A stretch of 63,051 nt of DNA, filler included, from Phoronis australis (taxonomy: Eukaryota; Animalia; Phoronida), in the NCBI GenBank assembly GCA_002633005.1. It is 11 parts of 11 records of this genome, joined end to end, with 100 filler letters (N's around TTAATTAATTAA, not from the genome) between each part and the next. Parts side by side here need not be neighbours in the genome. Positions count along the whole stretch, not along the records: positions 1 to 5,074 come from NMRA01002434.1; positions 5,175 to 11,282 come from NMRA01002224.1; positions 11,383 to 23,889 come from NMRA01001634.1; 8 more parts are not named here. One strand, written 5' to 3'. Positions 1-13,100 of this stretch are shown here, piece after piece; positions within the stretch are counted from its first letter, which is position 1; each line of letters opens with the position of its first letter. The position numbers and the translations under genes are program-made. The notes under the pieces were generated by a model that saw nothing but the letters and a program-made list of their open reading frames with translations, had not been told where the DNA came from and did not search any database.

Positions 1-518
1 GAGTGGGTACCCGGCATCATGCGTCACTCAAAACAGCGGCCATTTTAGGTGGTGCTGTATCACCAAAAATGAAAATTTTATATAACTTCAGTTGGTGTGG
101 AAATATTCGAAGTTATGTTGAATGAGATTATTTGGGTTTATGTTTCGACTGAACTAACTTGCGTTAAAATTCATTCATGAAGCCAATTTAACTAAAGGTT
201 AAGTTTCTCCTGGTACCTAAATTTTTCAGGCCTTGTTTTTGTTTTCTGTTCCCTTGCCCTCTGTTGTTCTAGAAATTTCAACAACATAAACATGTCCGTG
301 TGTGGGATTGTAGAAAGTGATGGTCGGTAAAATATTTTGCTGCTACTCAAATAAACAATATTATGCCAAACTGCAAGTAAAATGTTTAGGTAACGCGCAC
401 AATATATTTCGTAGGAGAGAAATTACAAAATTTTGTTTAAGCCGACGTTATAACAATGACTTTGACTCTATGGTCTATGATGTAAGTACATTTACTTGAA
501 GTGACCATATCTTTTCAG

Positions 519-3500
519 GGTCCCTTCTTGGTCTTCCCTCAAGTCGGCGCGAATGTTGAGGGTGCCATGTATGCTCTCCTCGGTGGTATAGAAGGAGCAT
601 TCGTGTTTGGATTGTGTGAGAGTTACCTTACTCCCATGCTGAAGCCTGAAACGCCCATAACATGTTATAGGTAAAACAAGAAACTGGCAGATAGTAACAT
701 TACGGTTTTTGGTCGAAAGACAAATTTTGTGGATTTTTGGGACATTCCGCTTAAGTGTGAGCTCTCCCGTCCGCAAAGTTAGGAAACCTTAGTTTACTAC
801 GGACGGACACATTATGTGAGTACCAAGTGTCTCAGATAATGCGTTTACGTTACAGCTTCCCGTTTGGCTTCGAGCAGTGATTTGTGCTGAGCGGAATGTG
901 CCTGAGCATTCGCATTGGGTTATTTCTACTTCTGCATTTTCACACTGATTTAATCACCAAAACGACCACCAGCATCTTATTGGCCTACCGGCTTGTGGAG
1001 TGAGTTCAGTGCTTAAAAACCGTACTCTTTCTAGTGATTAAAACTCACAACAGTAGAGTATAAAAAATGTCCTACTTAACACACGTTTTCCTGTATGAAT
1101 TGTGTTAGCTTGTTCAACTTCTTGAAAATTGGGACTTCAACAAAAGGTACACCTACTTTTTAAAGTAGTTTTATTTTAGTTGATTCTGAAGGATATGTGA
1201 CTGTGCGTAACGGCTGACGACCGGAGTAGTGAAGCAATTGGCATTCCCGGCCCATGTTGTGGAGACCAAGTTAAGCTAAAGATCCGCCAATTACAATTTT
1301 GCACCTTCTTGATGAAATGGATGGCTACGACATGATAAATACAAACTTTTCGTTACAGTCTCCACAACTATCTGGAATGTAGTTACTACAAAGTGGCCAT
1401 ACCAATGGCTCTGGTCACTGCCCTAGCAGCGGCGGCTCTGGAGTGGTGGCAACCGTGGACTGGTCAAGTTGACGTAATTTTCATTCTAGCAAGAGTAAAA
1501 GGATCAATTTATAAAGCAGGCGCGTAAATCCACGATTATGACTAAAGGGTCTGAAAACGAACAAAGATAGAGGGAAGGCTCTTCCATCGTGAATTTCAGC
1601 AATGCAAGAGTGGACAGGGTGCGAGGTCTTTAGAACCCCCTCTGGATCTGCGCCTGACACACTTGCTCCGGCGATCGACTGTGTTAATCAAGTAACAATT
1701 TTTAAACGGGACCTTCATGTTTTCATTGTTTTCTCAGCTCAACAAAATATTTTCAACGAAAACACATAGCCGTGAAGAATTGATGATGTTCATTAATTAG
1801 CTCAAGCCACTAATCCTTTTCAACAAATTAATCACTTATCTCACTATTCCATTACAAACTGTGTCCACAGGGTATTGGTTCATGGTCCCTGTCGACGCCG
1901 TCTCTACCAACGTTGTTCATGGGCGGCATTGTTGGGCTGACGCAGGTGCCTCTGGTGTTGGCTCTCAAGGAGACCCTGGGCAACAGCAGCATGTTCTGCA
2001 CCGTAGCCTCTTGGCCACTAGTGACTAAAGGTCTTCAGGCCTGGTCCAGTTACCTCACCAAGTTTCGCAAGGGAGGCGTTGACGGCTTCTGGCAGGTTGG
2101 TTCAATTCATAGTTTTAGCAGCAGAGTTAATCAGTGAACGCGTGATGTTTGAATTTGGAAAAACGCGCCACAGTAATGACACTTCTTAGCAGATATTAAT
2201 TGTATGGGCACTTGCTAATTTGAGTTGTACTCCGCGTACTAGTCCTTTGCGCGTATAAGCGCAGTTTCTTCGAAATATTCAAAACTACAATACATAATTG
2301 GCTGAAATATTCTTAAATAGTTAAAGTATTGAACACCTGGTTTATGAAAGCGGGACAGACACCGAACTTATAGGCTCAACCTGGGAGTATTGGTCCTAGG
2401 CTCAACTCAATACCCGGCTTAAAATGATGCTATTGCATAGTAGTCCACTACCCTAAGAGAATTGTGTACGGTATATCATCACCATGACATTCTCAATAGT
2501 GAATCATGTAGTTCAAGGTGGGTACCCTCTCCCCCCACTAGAGCTGCCGATGTGGCCTGTAGCGTTAATCACGCTTGGAGTGTGGCGTTGTGAGGATTGT
2601 GTTCTCAAATTCATTCCAAACTCTTGATGTTTATAAGGTTTACAGAGCATTATTTTGTTGCATAAAATTAAGGGATCTGGCTGTTGTTTAATAGCTGTTA
2701 GTAAGCTAAGGTTTGGCGTCCGTTTTAAGCAGAACTAGGCTTTATGTCGCAGCAGGTGAGCTAGCTTAAAACTGTTAGACGTACGCGATGTCGATTACGG
2801 CTGAACTGGCACTATCCTTGAACGATTACGATTGCCTGCAGCCATAAAACGACTCGACCGAATGACGGTGAGCGACAGCATCTTTTTCAAATCAAAATGT
2901 GACAATTCACTGCATATGCTGCTTATTCACCACCAGGTTGCGTTAAACGCTGGCGCGGTCCTCGGAGGATACTTGTCGGCGAAAGCTTCCGGGACTTTGT
3001 CGTCGGCTATAGGAGTGTCATCGAAACAGGCGTATCTGGGAGGCTTCCTCATGATCTTCGGTTGCAGGCTTGGAGGCGGATGTACCAGGTAAACAATGTA
3101 CCAAACAGCTATGTTACATTACCACCAGTAGCTAATTGCATTCAGTAAAAAATTGATTCTAAATTCTCTCGTATAACGTGCACTGTACGATTTTAGACAC
3201 ATCAAAAGTTCAATTTTCAAATTGCCGGAGTAGCGACATTATAAACGTCTCGCATTATTTTCTTTGCCATCGAAACAAATTTTCAGTATGCGTTTTGTTG
3301 TAATGTGCCATTTGCTTAAAGCCTATTCCAAACATAAGATACTTGTACTAATTAGCACAGTTCAATCCTATCCCTAGACAGGGATTCAGATCTTCAAATG
3401 CGCTTTCGTTCACGGATACTGCACACACTCCTCGTCGTATACTGCAGTATCCGTGAACGAAAGCGCATCTGAAGATCTGAATCCCTGTCTAGATAGGATT

Positions 3501-4222
3501 GAACTGTGCTAATTAGTAAAAGTATCTGTGCTTAGTCGAATGCCAGAGCAACAACGAACGTACTCTTTCCCAAACGACAACTAATTGAGGTTTTTTAAAT
3601 TAAAAACCTCAATTAGTTGCTTAAAAGCTTAGTTGTCGTTTGGGAAAGAGTACGTTCGTTGTTGCTCTGGCATTCGACTAAGCACAGTCCGATCCCGGAC
3701 TGGTAAATCAGTGCGCGGAACGGTTATTTTTGACACAAAACCGGGGCTTCCGTTCTGACAAGACGCAACATACCAGCAAAAAAACCCAAGCCTTCACGAG
3801 ACATCACTGTGCATTACAACCAAAGAACGTGATCACCCTAATTACCTGTGTTTTGGCGTCTTCACACCAAACGAGTCAGATGAAATTGTCTAAACGGACC
3901 ATCGTTGTGCATGACTACGGACTGAAGCGATCCATATATTCTTTCATGACCAACGCCACATCAAACACGAAACGTAATCAAGTGGGTACAGTCGAACATC
4001 TCTGGAGTGAACAGACAGCTATGGCTTCGAACACACATTGTGTTGCAATGAAAGACGACGACGTCGGTATACCATTTTACAAGATCAACTAACAACAATT
4101 TTTTTTTTGTTTTCAGCGGCCACATCATATCTGGATTCAACGCCATGTCTCTACTCTCTTTCGTTTCATTCCCGTGTTTTCTTGCTGGAGGAGTGGCCAC
4201 AGCAGCCATCATGAAATCTTAG
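519..4222 (+). CDS. YeeE/YedE (TsuA-like) thiosulfate/sulfur-compound transporter, 5'-partial, 5 exons: 519-670, 1359-1473, 1871-2095, 2937-3088, 4117-4222
   Basis: All four introns are GT-AG and phase-compatible (2,0,0,2). Spliced product: GPFLVFPQVGANVEGAMYALLGGIEGAFVFG...LEWWQPWTGQVD|GIGSWS...MGGIVGLTQVPLVL...TLGNSS...FWQ|VALNAGAVLGGYLSA...GGFLMIFGCRLGGGCTS|GHIISG...MKS*. It is hydrophobic and Gly-rich, with the YeeE/YedE hallmark G-x-R-L-x-G-G-C-T-S-G-H. Confidence 0.88.
3337..3687. repeat. Two abutting long inverted repeats (double hairpin) in the last intron of the YeeE-like gene
   Basis: Arm 3337-3423 pairs with 3443-3527, and arm 3526-3584 pairs with 3629-3687. A nested hairpin lies at 3578-3619. 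Read directly from the sequence. Confidence 0.95.
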
Positions 4223-5074
4223 ACAGCAATGTCTTAAACGCAGCAACGTACTTTAAGCTAGAAACGTCCCAGTGTACTTGTATCGGTGGAATGAACGTTG
4301 CCAGGCTGCTAATATTAAACACTCGTTGTGAACACACTACCCTATTTGCGAAGAGAGAGGGAAACACGGTTTCAGGAAAGACCCCAATGCGACTGGAGTC
4401 TAAAAGTTACTGCATTGTAGGATCCTATGATGTCCACGATTTTAAACCAATGCAAAAATAGATCTATTGGAAGTTAAGAACGTAAACATTCCAGAGCCAA
4501 ATTCAAGATGCATTTGATGACAATACAGACAGGGCACAAAAAATGCATCACACCCATATCATTCAAATCACCGCCCATTCTGAAAAATTGTCGGGCATTG
4601 CCATCAACTTTGCACTAGGCGATTTTACATTAATCAGGGAAATAAGGACGCCGAGGTACAAGCCGGAAATGGTACCATGGCGGTTTTTCGAAAAGCGCCA
4701 GACGCTTAGGGAAAGTAAACCACAATGAACGACTCATCAGAATGTCATTTCCTCCAACACTGTTGTAGTAGCCTATAAAAAGTCCAGGTAGGCTCCTGGA
4801 CAACTCGGAGCCGGGCCTTCTGGATACACATCTGTTCTTTTCCAAATAATTTGAACAGCTAGGAAAGTAATGCTTTAGGTGGTGGTTACAGTAACAATAC
4901 ATCAGAACATAAATACTTGAGAATTTTAAATATAGAAAAGTTCAAGTCCTGTGTGTTGAAAAGTGTACTTAACAGAGTCTACTACGCTCCAGCACTAGGA
5001 CAAAAACTAACGGATAAAACTGTTGCAGCAGGTGTATGCTTTATTATGTAATATTGTACCTACGTTATGTACCC

Positions 5075-5174
5075 NNNNNNNNNNNNNNNNNNNNNNNNNN
5101 NNNNNNNNNNNNNNNNNNTTAATTAATTAANNNNNNNNNNNNNNNNNNNNNNNNNNNNNNNNNNNNNNNNNNNN
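5075..5174. other. Artificial contig linker (N44-TTAATTAATTAA-N44). Identical linkers at 11283-11382, 23890-23989, 26770-26869, 32272-32371, 43870-43969, 46672-46771, 49665-49764, 52461-52560, 56489-56588; plain N gaps at 19850-20391 and 61069-61890
   Basis: Identical 100-nt spacer carrying stop codons in all six frames, found 10 times. Confidence 0.97.
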
Positions 5175-7321
5175 TAATTCAGCAAAGTATTTTCTAGAAG
5201 TAGAAAATGTGTAGTTTTGACTTAATATTAATATGTCATTAAATATGTCTCATGACCCAAGTTTAAAGCAACAAAATTCAAGCATACATAATAGCAAAAC
5301 AACCAATAACAGGACCGGCTTTGAGTAAAAAGATTTGGATGTGGACTTTGTGATCAAAGATTAGGATTTATTTTCTGTTTTAAATTTTCAGTATAATGTA
5401 TTTATAACATTGATGACGCTATTTCTTCATGATAGACCATCTTGACTGAGTATAGTTAGCTCAATGACTGGGAATGGTTCAAATTCCTGTGCAAACATGA
5501 GTCAGAAAGTGCTTCGCCGAAACTTCACTTACCTTTCCGACTAGACAGCGATATCAAAGTTACGGCTAAGATGCCAGACAACACAATTCATTCATACTCT
5601 CAAATGAATATTGAGTAGTGGGTTCGAGGCTAACAGAGAGTTGTTATCCTGCCATTTACGAATGTTTATGAAAATGATCAGTGTCATTCTTCATCAGATA
5701 TACTTTCTTTTATTTATTTACGTGCATCTGTTGAGAGCACGTTGGCTACGCTACAATAACAAAGAATACATTTTGTAGGTCTTCTTGAATGATTGTATAT
5801 TGTTGCCCTGACCTCTACCTGTAATTTGAAGGAAGCTTCGCTCTGTGGATTGTTCCCAAGTTACATACTATTTTCAGTGAAATTTCGCTTGCAGATAAAC
5901 TGCCGGAGTTAACATTTCTCCCTTACCGAAACTTCGGTAAAAGCGAAGTTTCGCCTCTAAAGGGAATGCGACAAGTTCCAGTGTTGTAATCTTACTTCAG
6001 TCTGTAATATCCTAATTTCTGTCCAGTTTGTCGTCCCTCAAGTCCCTTAGATTACATCCCATCCACTTTGCATTATGGGCCATTACCAAGCATTAGAAGA
6101 GATAAAATAGTTAATAAAAGGTTGTTGTTTTGTCGTGCACTTCGTACTGAATTTTCAGGCTGTTGCAGTCTCCTTCCTGCTGTCTGGTCCTGAATTGACA
6201 GGTGTATGACCTTGATGCGCGAAATCAAATGCAAAATGTTCCAGCTCCGTGTTAGATTTGTTGCATGTAAAATGATATTTGTACTTGCCACTCTTCGTGA
6301 CCATCCAGATTGACCTGCTGTACAATAATAACAGGTAGTCTTCCGGTTAAACGTTTTCAATACTACACATGCTTCAGTATTGATTTTAGTTAGCCACTGT
6401 CTAGTTGCTTGTGCCTTGTTTCGTGGTCATATCTGGTTCATATGATTGATCATAATGTACCATTTTTGAAGAGGTCTGATCCTCTTCATAGGCATCAATG
6501 TCATCCTCCCACTAAGATATGAAAACACTGACTGTGTAAATCAATTTTGCATTGATTGATGTTCGTGCACTCTGCAGACAAGACCATGTAAGATTTCTTA
6601 TAAAATGTTCTCCGTGCACATTGCGTGCAGGATCTGTACATTAACAGGAATTTACTGCAGTGTGATATGATTTTGGTGCATTTGTGCCTATCTGAATGCA
6701 GGCATATGTACAAAAGGTGACATTCTTCAATTAGAAATGTGGAATTTTGTGTTGTCATATTTTTTCAACCAACTATGTAATATGTAACTTGAGACTTCTG
6801 CTATGCCTTTAGCATGGTTTAAATGGAAGCTTGAATATAGCTGTCGTGAAAAACGGTAAAAACCTATTATACTGGTAAAAATGTTGCAATTTTAGCAAAT
6901 TATATATGTCCTTCATGGCGAATGATTTACGCATGAATAGCTGAGGTTAGTCTAGAGCACTAGAGTTTGAGTTACAGTAATCTCTCTAGACTACAACCAC
7001 GAGAAAAATAATTAAATTTTCAACCATAGTAACTTAAAGGGTTCGTGATCTTGTGGAGCTGGTATGTTGAAGAATATAGGTCAGGGTATACAGCGTGTGT
7101 TCGCATTTGTTTCAATGAATTGTGTCGTGTTTCAATTTAAAGCAGCTATATACCCGCGTTCTTTCCAAAAAATGAGTTTTTGATTTAGACCACTTACCGA
7201 TATAAAATTAGTCTTGGCTTGTTCTTTAATCAGATAAGAAGTTGTCTCTAGGTTTGCAAAGAACTGACAGAATGTTAGATTAAGACTATGCTCAGTGAAT
7301 AAAGTCACACATTGTAACAAG

Positions 7322-7551
7322 CTGTCTTGCAATGCCTGGTCTCCAATACAGGAACTGTCTTGCAATGCCTGGTCTCCAGTACAGGAACTGTCTTGCAATG
7401 CCTGGTCTCCAGTACAGGAACTGTCTTGCAATGCCTGGTCTCCAGTACAGGAACTGTCTTGCAATGCCTGGTCTGACAGGAACTGTCTTGCAATGCCTGG
7501 TCTCCAGTACAGGAACTGTCTTGCAATGCCTGGTCTCCAGTACAGGAACTG
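7322..7551. repeat. 33-bp minisatellite, 7 units (CTGTCTTGCAATGCCTGGTCTCCAGTACAGGAA), one unit shortened to 29 bp
   Basis: Direct tandem copies with no spacers. It explains the overlapping repetitive ORFs at 7132-7622. Confidence 0.95.
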
Positions 7552-9070
7552 CCAGTTCCGTCGTAGCCCTGAAATCACATCCAAGTTTGGCTAGAAGGAA
7601 CAATTTGAGACCAATTTTGTGATGGTTAAAGTAGGCTAAATCTTAAAGTGATTTTTGCCATGGTGGGGCAAGAGACTATGGTAAAATTTCACCTATTTTG
7701 TACAAAAAATAATTGCCTAAATTGATTTTTTTTCGCTTCACAAGGGGTTCTAACATTGCTGTGAATGTGCACAATTATCCAAACATTGTCTAATGGCAGG
7801 TGTGTTACTAAGCTTGAACATGGAAAACCATTTCTTTTGGTGCTTCATATCTTTCATGGAAAAATGAGACAGTAAAACTTCACTTGTCGCATAAGTTGTG
7901 TTTTCAGTTAGTTACCCTTGATTTTACCATACTTTTTGTCTTGAAGAGCCTGTGTTGAAGACACTTGGGAACAAAATTAACATTTGAAAATTTACAGTCA
8001 ACTAACATTGAAATTTTTATATTTTTTCGTGAAACATAATTAAGCACAAGCTAAAGTCTTGGTCAGTCTTATGGTGGAAATTCTTCAATTTGGGACAAAA
8101 GTATTGCTGTTCAGAGGCTTACCGCATTGCTGCAAATGCTCAAAGTTTTACCAAATGTTGTTTGCTAATAGTGTCGCCATGCAAATTATGCTAAAAGTGA
8201 ATTTTTTTTTCAAAAAAAAACTTATTTTTGTTGAGAAATTTGACACAATGAAATTTTCCCTGTCTACTATTTAGCATCCCAAACTGAAGAATTTGTGCCA
8301 TAGCTACGGTACCATTGGACAAGGATTTTTGGTAATGTTGACATTTAGGAGCTTTTGAAAAACAACGCCAATTAAATTGATGAGATTTTACCATTTCTAC
8401 TGTTGGCTAGTCTCGAAATTTCTGACAAAAGAATTCAAATGTAGAAACTTCACATTAAAATATTGAGGTGTGTAAATATTATGTATATTATATAAAAATA
8501 CCACCATTTCTTTTGTTGCACTGCACATAACAGCAAAAGGAACACTCAAAGAACCACGCCCCCAGTTTGAAATTAATCACAGTGAACAGTTTATTTTATG
8601 TTGCTGACTGATTCCAGTTTTAAAGGATGGTTATGAATAGCCAGATGTTCTGAACCACTATCTCAGTCTACTGCATCAAAGGGTGAAATTAATCTGCGCC
8701 AAGGGAAGGATGTGGGTTTCATGAACTTTGTTTTGTCAAGTGAATTAATTCTATTTGTCTTCAAACGCAGTTTTGTCTTGAGTAGAAGTTGCATTTGAGT
8801 ACAGTAAAAATTTCACACCCTTCGTGCAAAAATGATTGCTAAAATTGCCCTTTCTTTAATTTTTCGAAGTCTTTCACCGTTGCGTAATTTTCAAAGTAAT
8901 GTCTGCTGGTAGCTGTGATGCAGAATTTGAACAGCGGAAAACATCTTGCTATGAAAAAATATGAAGTTTATTAACTTGTCTGCTGCATTGTGTCCTAAAT
9001 TGGTGATATTTTATGCTAATTGTAAACTGCTGTGGTGCTAGAAGATTAGCATGAATGGCTGACTTTGAAA

Positions 9071-9540
9071 GGGCCTTTCACACTAATGTTTGCGTTTTGT
9101 GGAGTTGCGATCAGTATGGTTTACTTCGGTCCTGGATCGAAGTTAGCAGCACCAGTTAACTTCCCAGTATTGAGTAAACAGGTGGATTTAGCAGCGGAGC
9201 GTCGATGCTGCTGAGTGCAGTATGAACCGTCCCTTCGAAGTTATCGCCAGGTGACACTGTGTCGTCACTAATAGTTGCTTATATTTTGCTCGAATAATTA
9301 CAAAATAGAATTAAAAATAAATCTTATGTCAATTAGCACATGTGAATGTTCTCAAATTGTCATATTAAAAAAAGTCTTAAAATGCAGTGCTGCCTTGCAA
9401 TTAATCCAATGACAACACATCGCCTACCGTTTACTCTGATGTCCGTTAACTACTGAAGCCGGTATGAACGGTTTAGTTAACTTCGCAGTTTACGTGGACT
9501 CTCCGCTCAGACCGGAGTTAGGGCAGTATGAAAAGGCCTT
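9071..9540. mobile_element. MITE, Harbinger-like TIR (GGGCCTTTCACA...TATGAAAAGGCC); second copy inverted at about 50207-50710
   Basis: Terminal inverted repeats; 9420-9540 is the diverged reverse complement of 50207-50330. Confidence 0.7.
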
Positions 9541-9754
9541 TAGAAACTATGATAATGCAGCTACAAAGGATCAATCACAACCAACTCGCTGTGGTTTCAA
9601 GCTACCACAGAAGAATATCCTAGCTGATGCTGTTGGCCAGGTGTGGTTGAGAGAAGTGATTCCTCATTGATGCCACTTGGCAATATTACGGTACAGACCC
9701 CGATTTTATGCAATTTTGGAAAAATTGGAGTCTGACTTCTCTCACAGAATTAGA

Positions 9755-10125
9755 GAAAGTGTTACTCCAGAACTTAATTGAACTTAATTAGTCATCGAAG
9801 CTACTCTCAACATAGTGGATTAAAGTGCGGAGTTGTGCAATAGGAGTCCGCTTCACTTCACTTCGTTGGGAAACGTTAACTGCACAGCTAGAGTAATGGC
9901 TAGAGGTTGCAACAACAACCCACTCAATGAGGCATTTGTAATTCCTATGACATTCATTTCAAACTCAATAATCACACCTAAAAGAATGAAGGTAACTGCT
10001 CTGTCAGAGATGAACACTGATCAGTATGGAACTATTCAGCGTAAGTGACGGGAGGTGTTTATTAATCTCAAATTCATTAGTTTGAGAGCATGATTCAAAG
10101 ACGCCACCTGGTGTTTTATCAAAGG
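9755..10125. repeat. Dispersed repeat; homologous copy at about 55960-56290
   Basis: Shared blocks such as GTTTATTAAT-TCAAA-TTCATTAGTTTGAGAGCATGATTCAAA and GTGGATTAA..GGAGTTG.GCAA. Confidence 0.7.
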
Positions 10126-13100
10126 GATAAGTGTTCCTAACTGATGTTGTCAGGAAAAGTATGTGGAGTTGCGGAGTGGACTTGTGATAGTCCGGGGTTC
10201 TTCATTGAAGTGTTGGTGGCAAAGGGATATTTGTGTTGCCAGACCTGTTTAACAGTCAGATTGAATTTAGAAAGCAGTTCACTTGCAGTGGGAATATAGT
10301 GTATGCAGTTCACTTCGTTGGGTTCGTATTTTTCCCCTCACTTAATGTGCGATTTTCCATGGAAATAATTGCATGTGAACTACCCAAAGGCAGCTTGAAC
10401 AGTGAAAATTTAACACACTCGTTGTCTAACTTATAACTTGGTGCCTGCCTTTGAATGACAATCACAAATCTTAAAGGTTAACAGGGTTTGCACGCAAGTG
10501 GACAGGAAAGCCTGTTTACTCCAGACGTCCTGCTAATTCCTAGGTAGTAGGCACATCAAAGCTTGATATTGTCACACATTGAAATGAGGTAGTTGCTATT
10601 CATGGGCTTGACTGGTCATGCTGGATGAGATAATTAGGGTCGTAAAGTAGCGCCTGTTTAGCACACAAAACAAACAGTAATAAGGCAAGTGACCAATGTG
10701 ACTGTTTTCAAAATAGTAGCCGTCTTTGAATTTTTCAAATTGATGCATTAGCAACTAGGTTTTCTTCAGCATTAATTTATGAATAGATTAGGATGGGTAG
10801 TCACAGTCTCACTTAGGGGTTGGGGTAACAAAATCCCAAATGTTGGCTGTTGGGTTTGTCTCATGAACTAGTGATATGAGTTCTGACAAAGGTAAAATGT
10901 CTGGTATGGTAGCTTGGGGCACTAAATGTTATGTAAGAGGTCATTAACCCAAGCATGAGGTTTGGTGTAAGGTCATATTGCATAACACCAAACTAGACAA
11001 GCCAGAAAATCAATCTGTATTCTTATTGATGCACAATTTCCAATGCAATATGCAACTTGCCCATAGAAGGCCCTAAGCTCTGATTGACGTTACCGTAAGT
11101 ACCGTACCTTAGTAAATTCCCACCAATACTAGATCAGGTTTTTTATATATATATGTCAAATGGTGAAACTTAGCATTTAGATCGTTCCGTCCGAAATTGT
11201 AAATTTCCCAATTTTTGTCCGGCAGAAACAGCATTTTCATCCACGCATGCACACACGCACGCACACGCACACGCACACGCACNNNNNNNNNNNNNNNNNN
11301 NNNNNNNNNNNNNNNNNNNNNNNNNNTTAATTAATTAANNNNNNNNNNNNNNNNNNNNNNNNNNNNNNNNNNNNNNNNNNNNTGAAATCCGACTTATTTA
11401 TGGACGAGCACGGATCATATTCGATAACGGAAATGTTGACTGTTATATTTTACAACTAAACTGATGGATCAAAATCGACTGAACGCGTAAACTGGATTAA
11501 TGGCCCTAGCATGTAAAAATGGAGTGACTGTGTTCACTTCAGCACAACTTGTCTCGATGGAATTCATGGTTGTACCAATCAATTTTTAGGAACTAAAATG
11601 TATTTCAAATGCTAAGCGTGCGCGTCAATCTTACTTAACGAGTGAAATATTTAAATGATAAAAATGGTCCTAACATACTAAACTATAGTGAACATAAGTT
11701 TAAATGGAAATAATGGGACAAAACTTGTGTCGCAATGGAATCCAAGTAAACATCTGGGTTAGTGGGAAATTCTGTGTAACAACTTAGTCCGCGACAAAAC
11801 TGGAAATTTTACTTTCCGAAGTGTCTAAAATAATTTGTCCGACTTTTACGTCCTTTGAAAATCTGTGTATTCAGGTTAGGCGGGCGGGTAAGTACAAGCA
11901 GTCGAGTTTGGGTTGACCGTTGCCTTTTTGGTGTGTTTAGTCAATTTGGCGTGATTCACTCACTACAAAAGGTATTTTCATCAATTTGTGTCACGTACTG
12001 AACAAGTTTCGAAAACGTCATTGGGTCTGACTAAAACGCAATTCCTTGCTTTCCACTCCCTAGGTATTTTTATATATTTATTGAAGAAAAGACTTGCAAA
12101 AGGACACAGTCATACATGCACACGCACGCGCAGGAACACCGAATCCAGCTGGCTACTTAGATAATTAGTTTCAAAGTTGCACCACCTCTTTTCTAAGATC
12201 TAAATTAAGAGTTTTCCAAGCACTGTGGTTTTCACTTAAATGGTATTGTTCGATGGATTTGACCACGGCGCCCAAGAGCAAACTTTTCGAAAGAAACTTC
12301 TGGCAATAAAAAATGTTTACCCAATAGCAAAACGATGTTTTTTAAAGTTTCATGTTTACCAGAAAAGCTCTAGACAACATTTTTGAAAGACTGTGAGCCG
12401 ACACATGAAGTTGCTTAAAATTTCGTTATTTACATGTACCCTTGTCTAAAATAAGTTCAGTGTTTCACAGTTCCTAAATGAATGCTTCAAAAGAACATTT
12501 AGCTGGTCCACAAAAGGAGCAAGGTCGTTATTTCTAACTCAAATTAGTTTTGAAAACGGATATGTTGTCAGTATTTTCGTCAACATCCTAATCTGAAACC
12601 ATCCAAGTCTGGGGCCTCTCTTTTTGTGTTAACACCTTACCAAAACAAATTATTTGGGTTTACATTAATTGAGCCGTTTCGACTCCGCCTTTGAAACATC
12701 GTACCAACAATTCAGTTGAGCACAAATATGACAGGACACTAATCATCAAAGTCTACAACATTTTTTTGGTACTTAACAACTGAAACAATTCAAATATATT
12801 CCATCAGGTTAGTTTTGACACCTAAAGTATCACTGAAAAATCTGTAACATACAATATTTCATAAGTCAAAGAGAAACTCAAAATAACGATAAACTGATAG
12901 AAAAAAATCCAGATATTAACAAATATTGACACGAATACGCAAAAGATTTAGGAAACAGTTGAGTTCCTATGCTTGACAGAGTCATGCAACCGGGCACCGA
13001 TTCACATATAAATGTGTGCAAAAATTATTGAAGAATTTTGCTCATGAATGTTTCTTTATTTCGATACTCGGAATTCATGTCAATTTCAACATTGGTAGTT

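Noticed and set aside
2546-2615. tRNA gene or tRNA-SINE head (similar weak cases at about 5446-5490 and 44750-44850)
   Set aside because: Only loose A/B-box resemblance and no cloverleaf; not supportable.
3467-3510. CTGAAGA...GGATTGAAC as a hammerhead within the double hairpin
   Set aside because: It needs a 4-nt core insertion and has GAAC rather than GAAA, with no NUH/stem I match.
519-4222. Bacterial contamination or a very recent HGT as the source of the YeeE gene
   Set aside because: Four canonical spliceosomal introns containing host-type repeats show long residence in a eukaryotic genome.
7322-7551. 33-bp repeats as a CRISPR array or repeat protein
   Set aside because: The units are contiguous with no spacers, there are no cas genes and the context is eukaryotic. 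The ORFs in several frames are by-products of a stop-free minisatellite.
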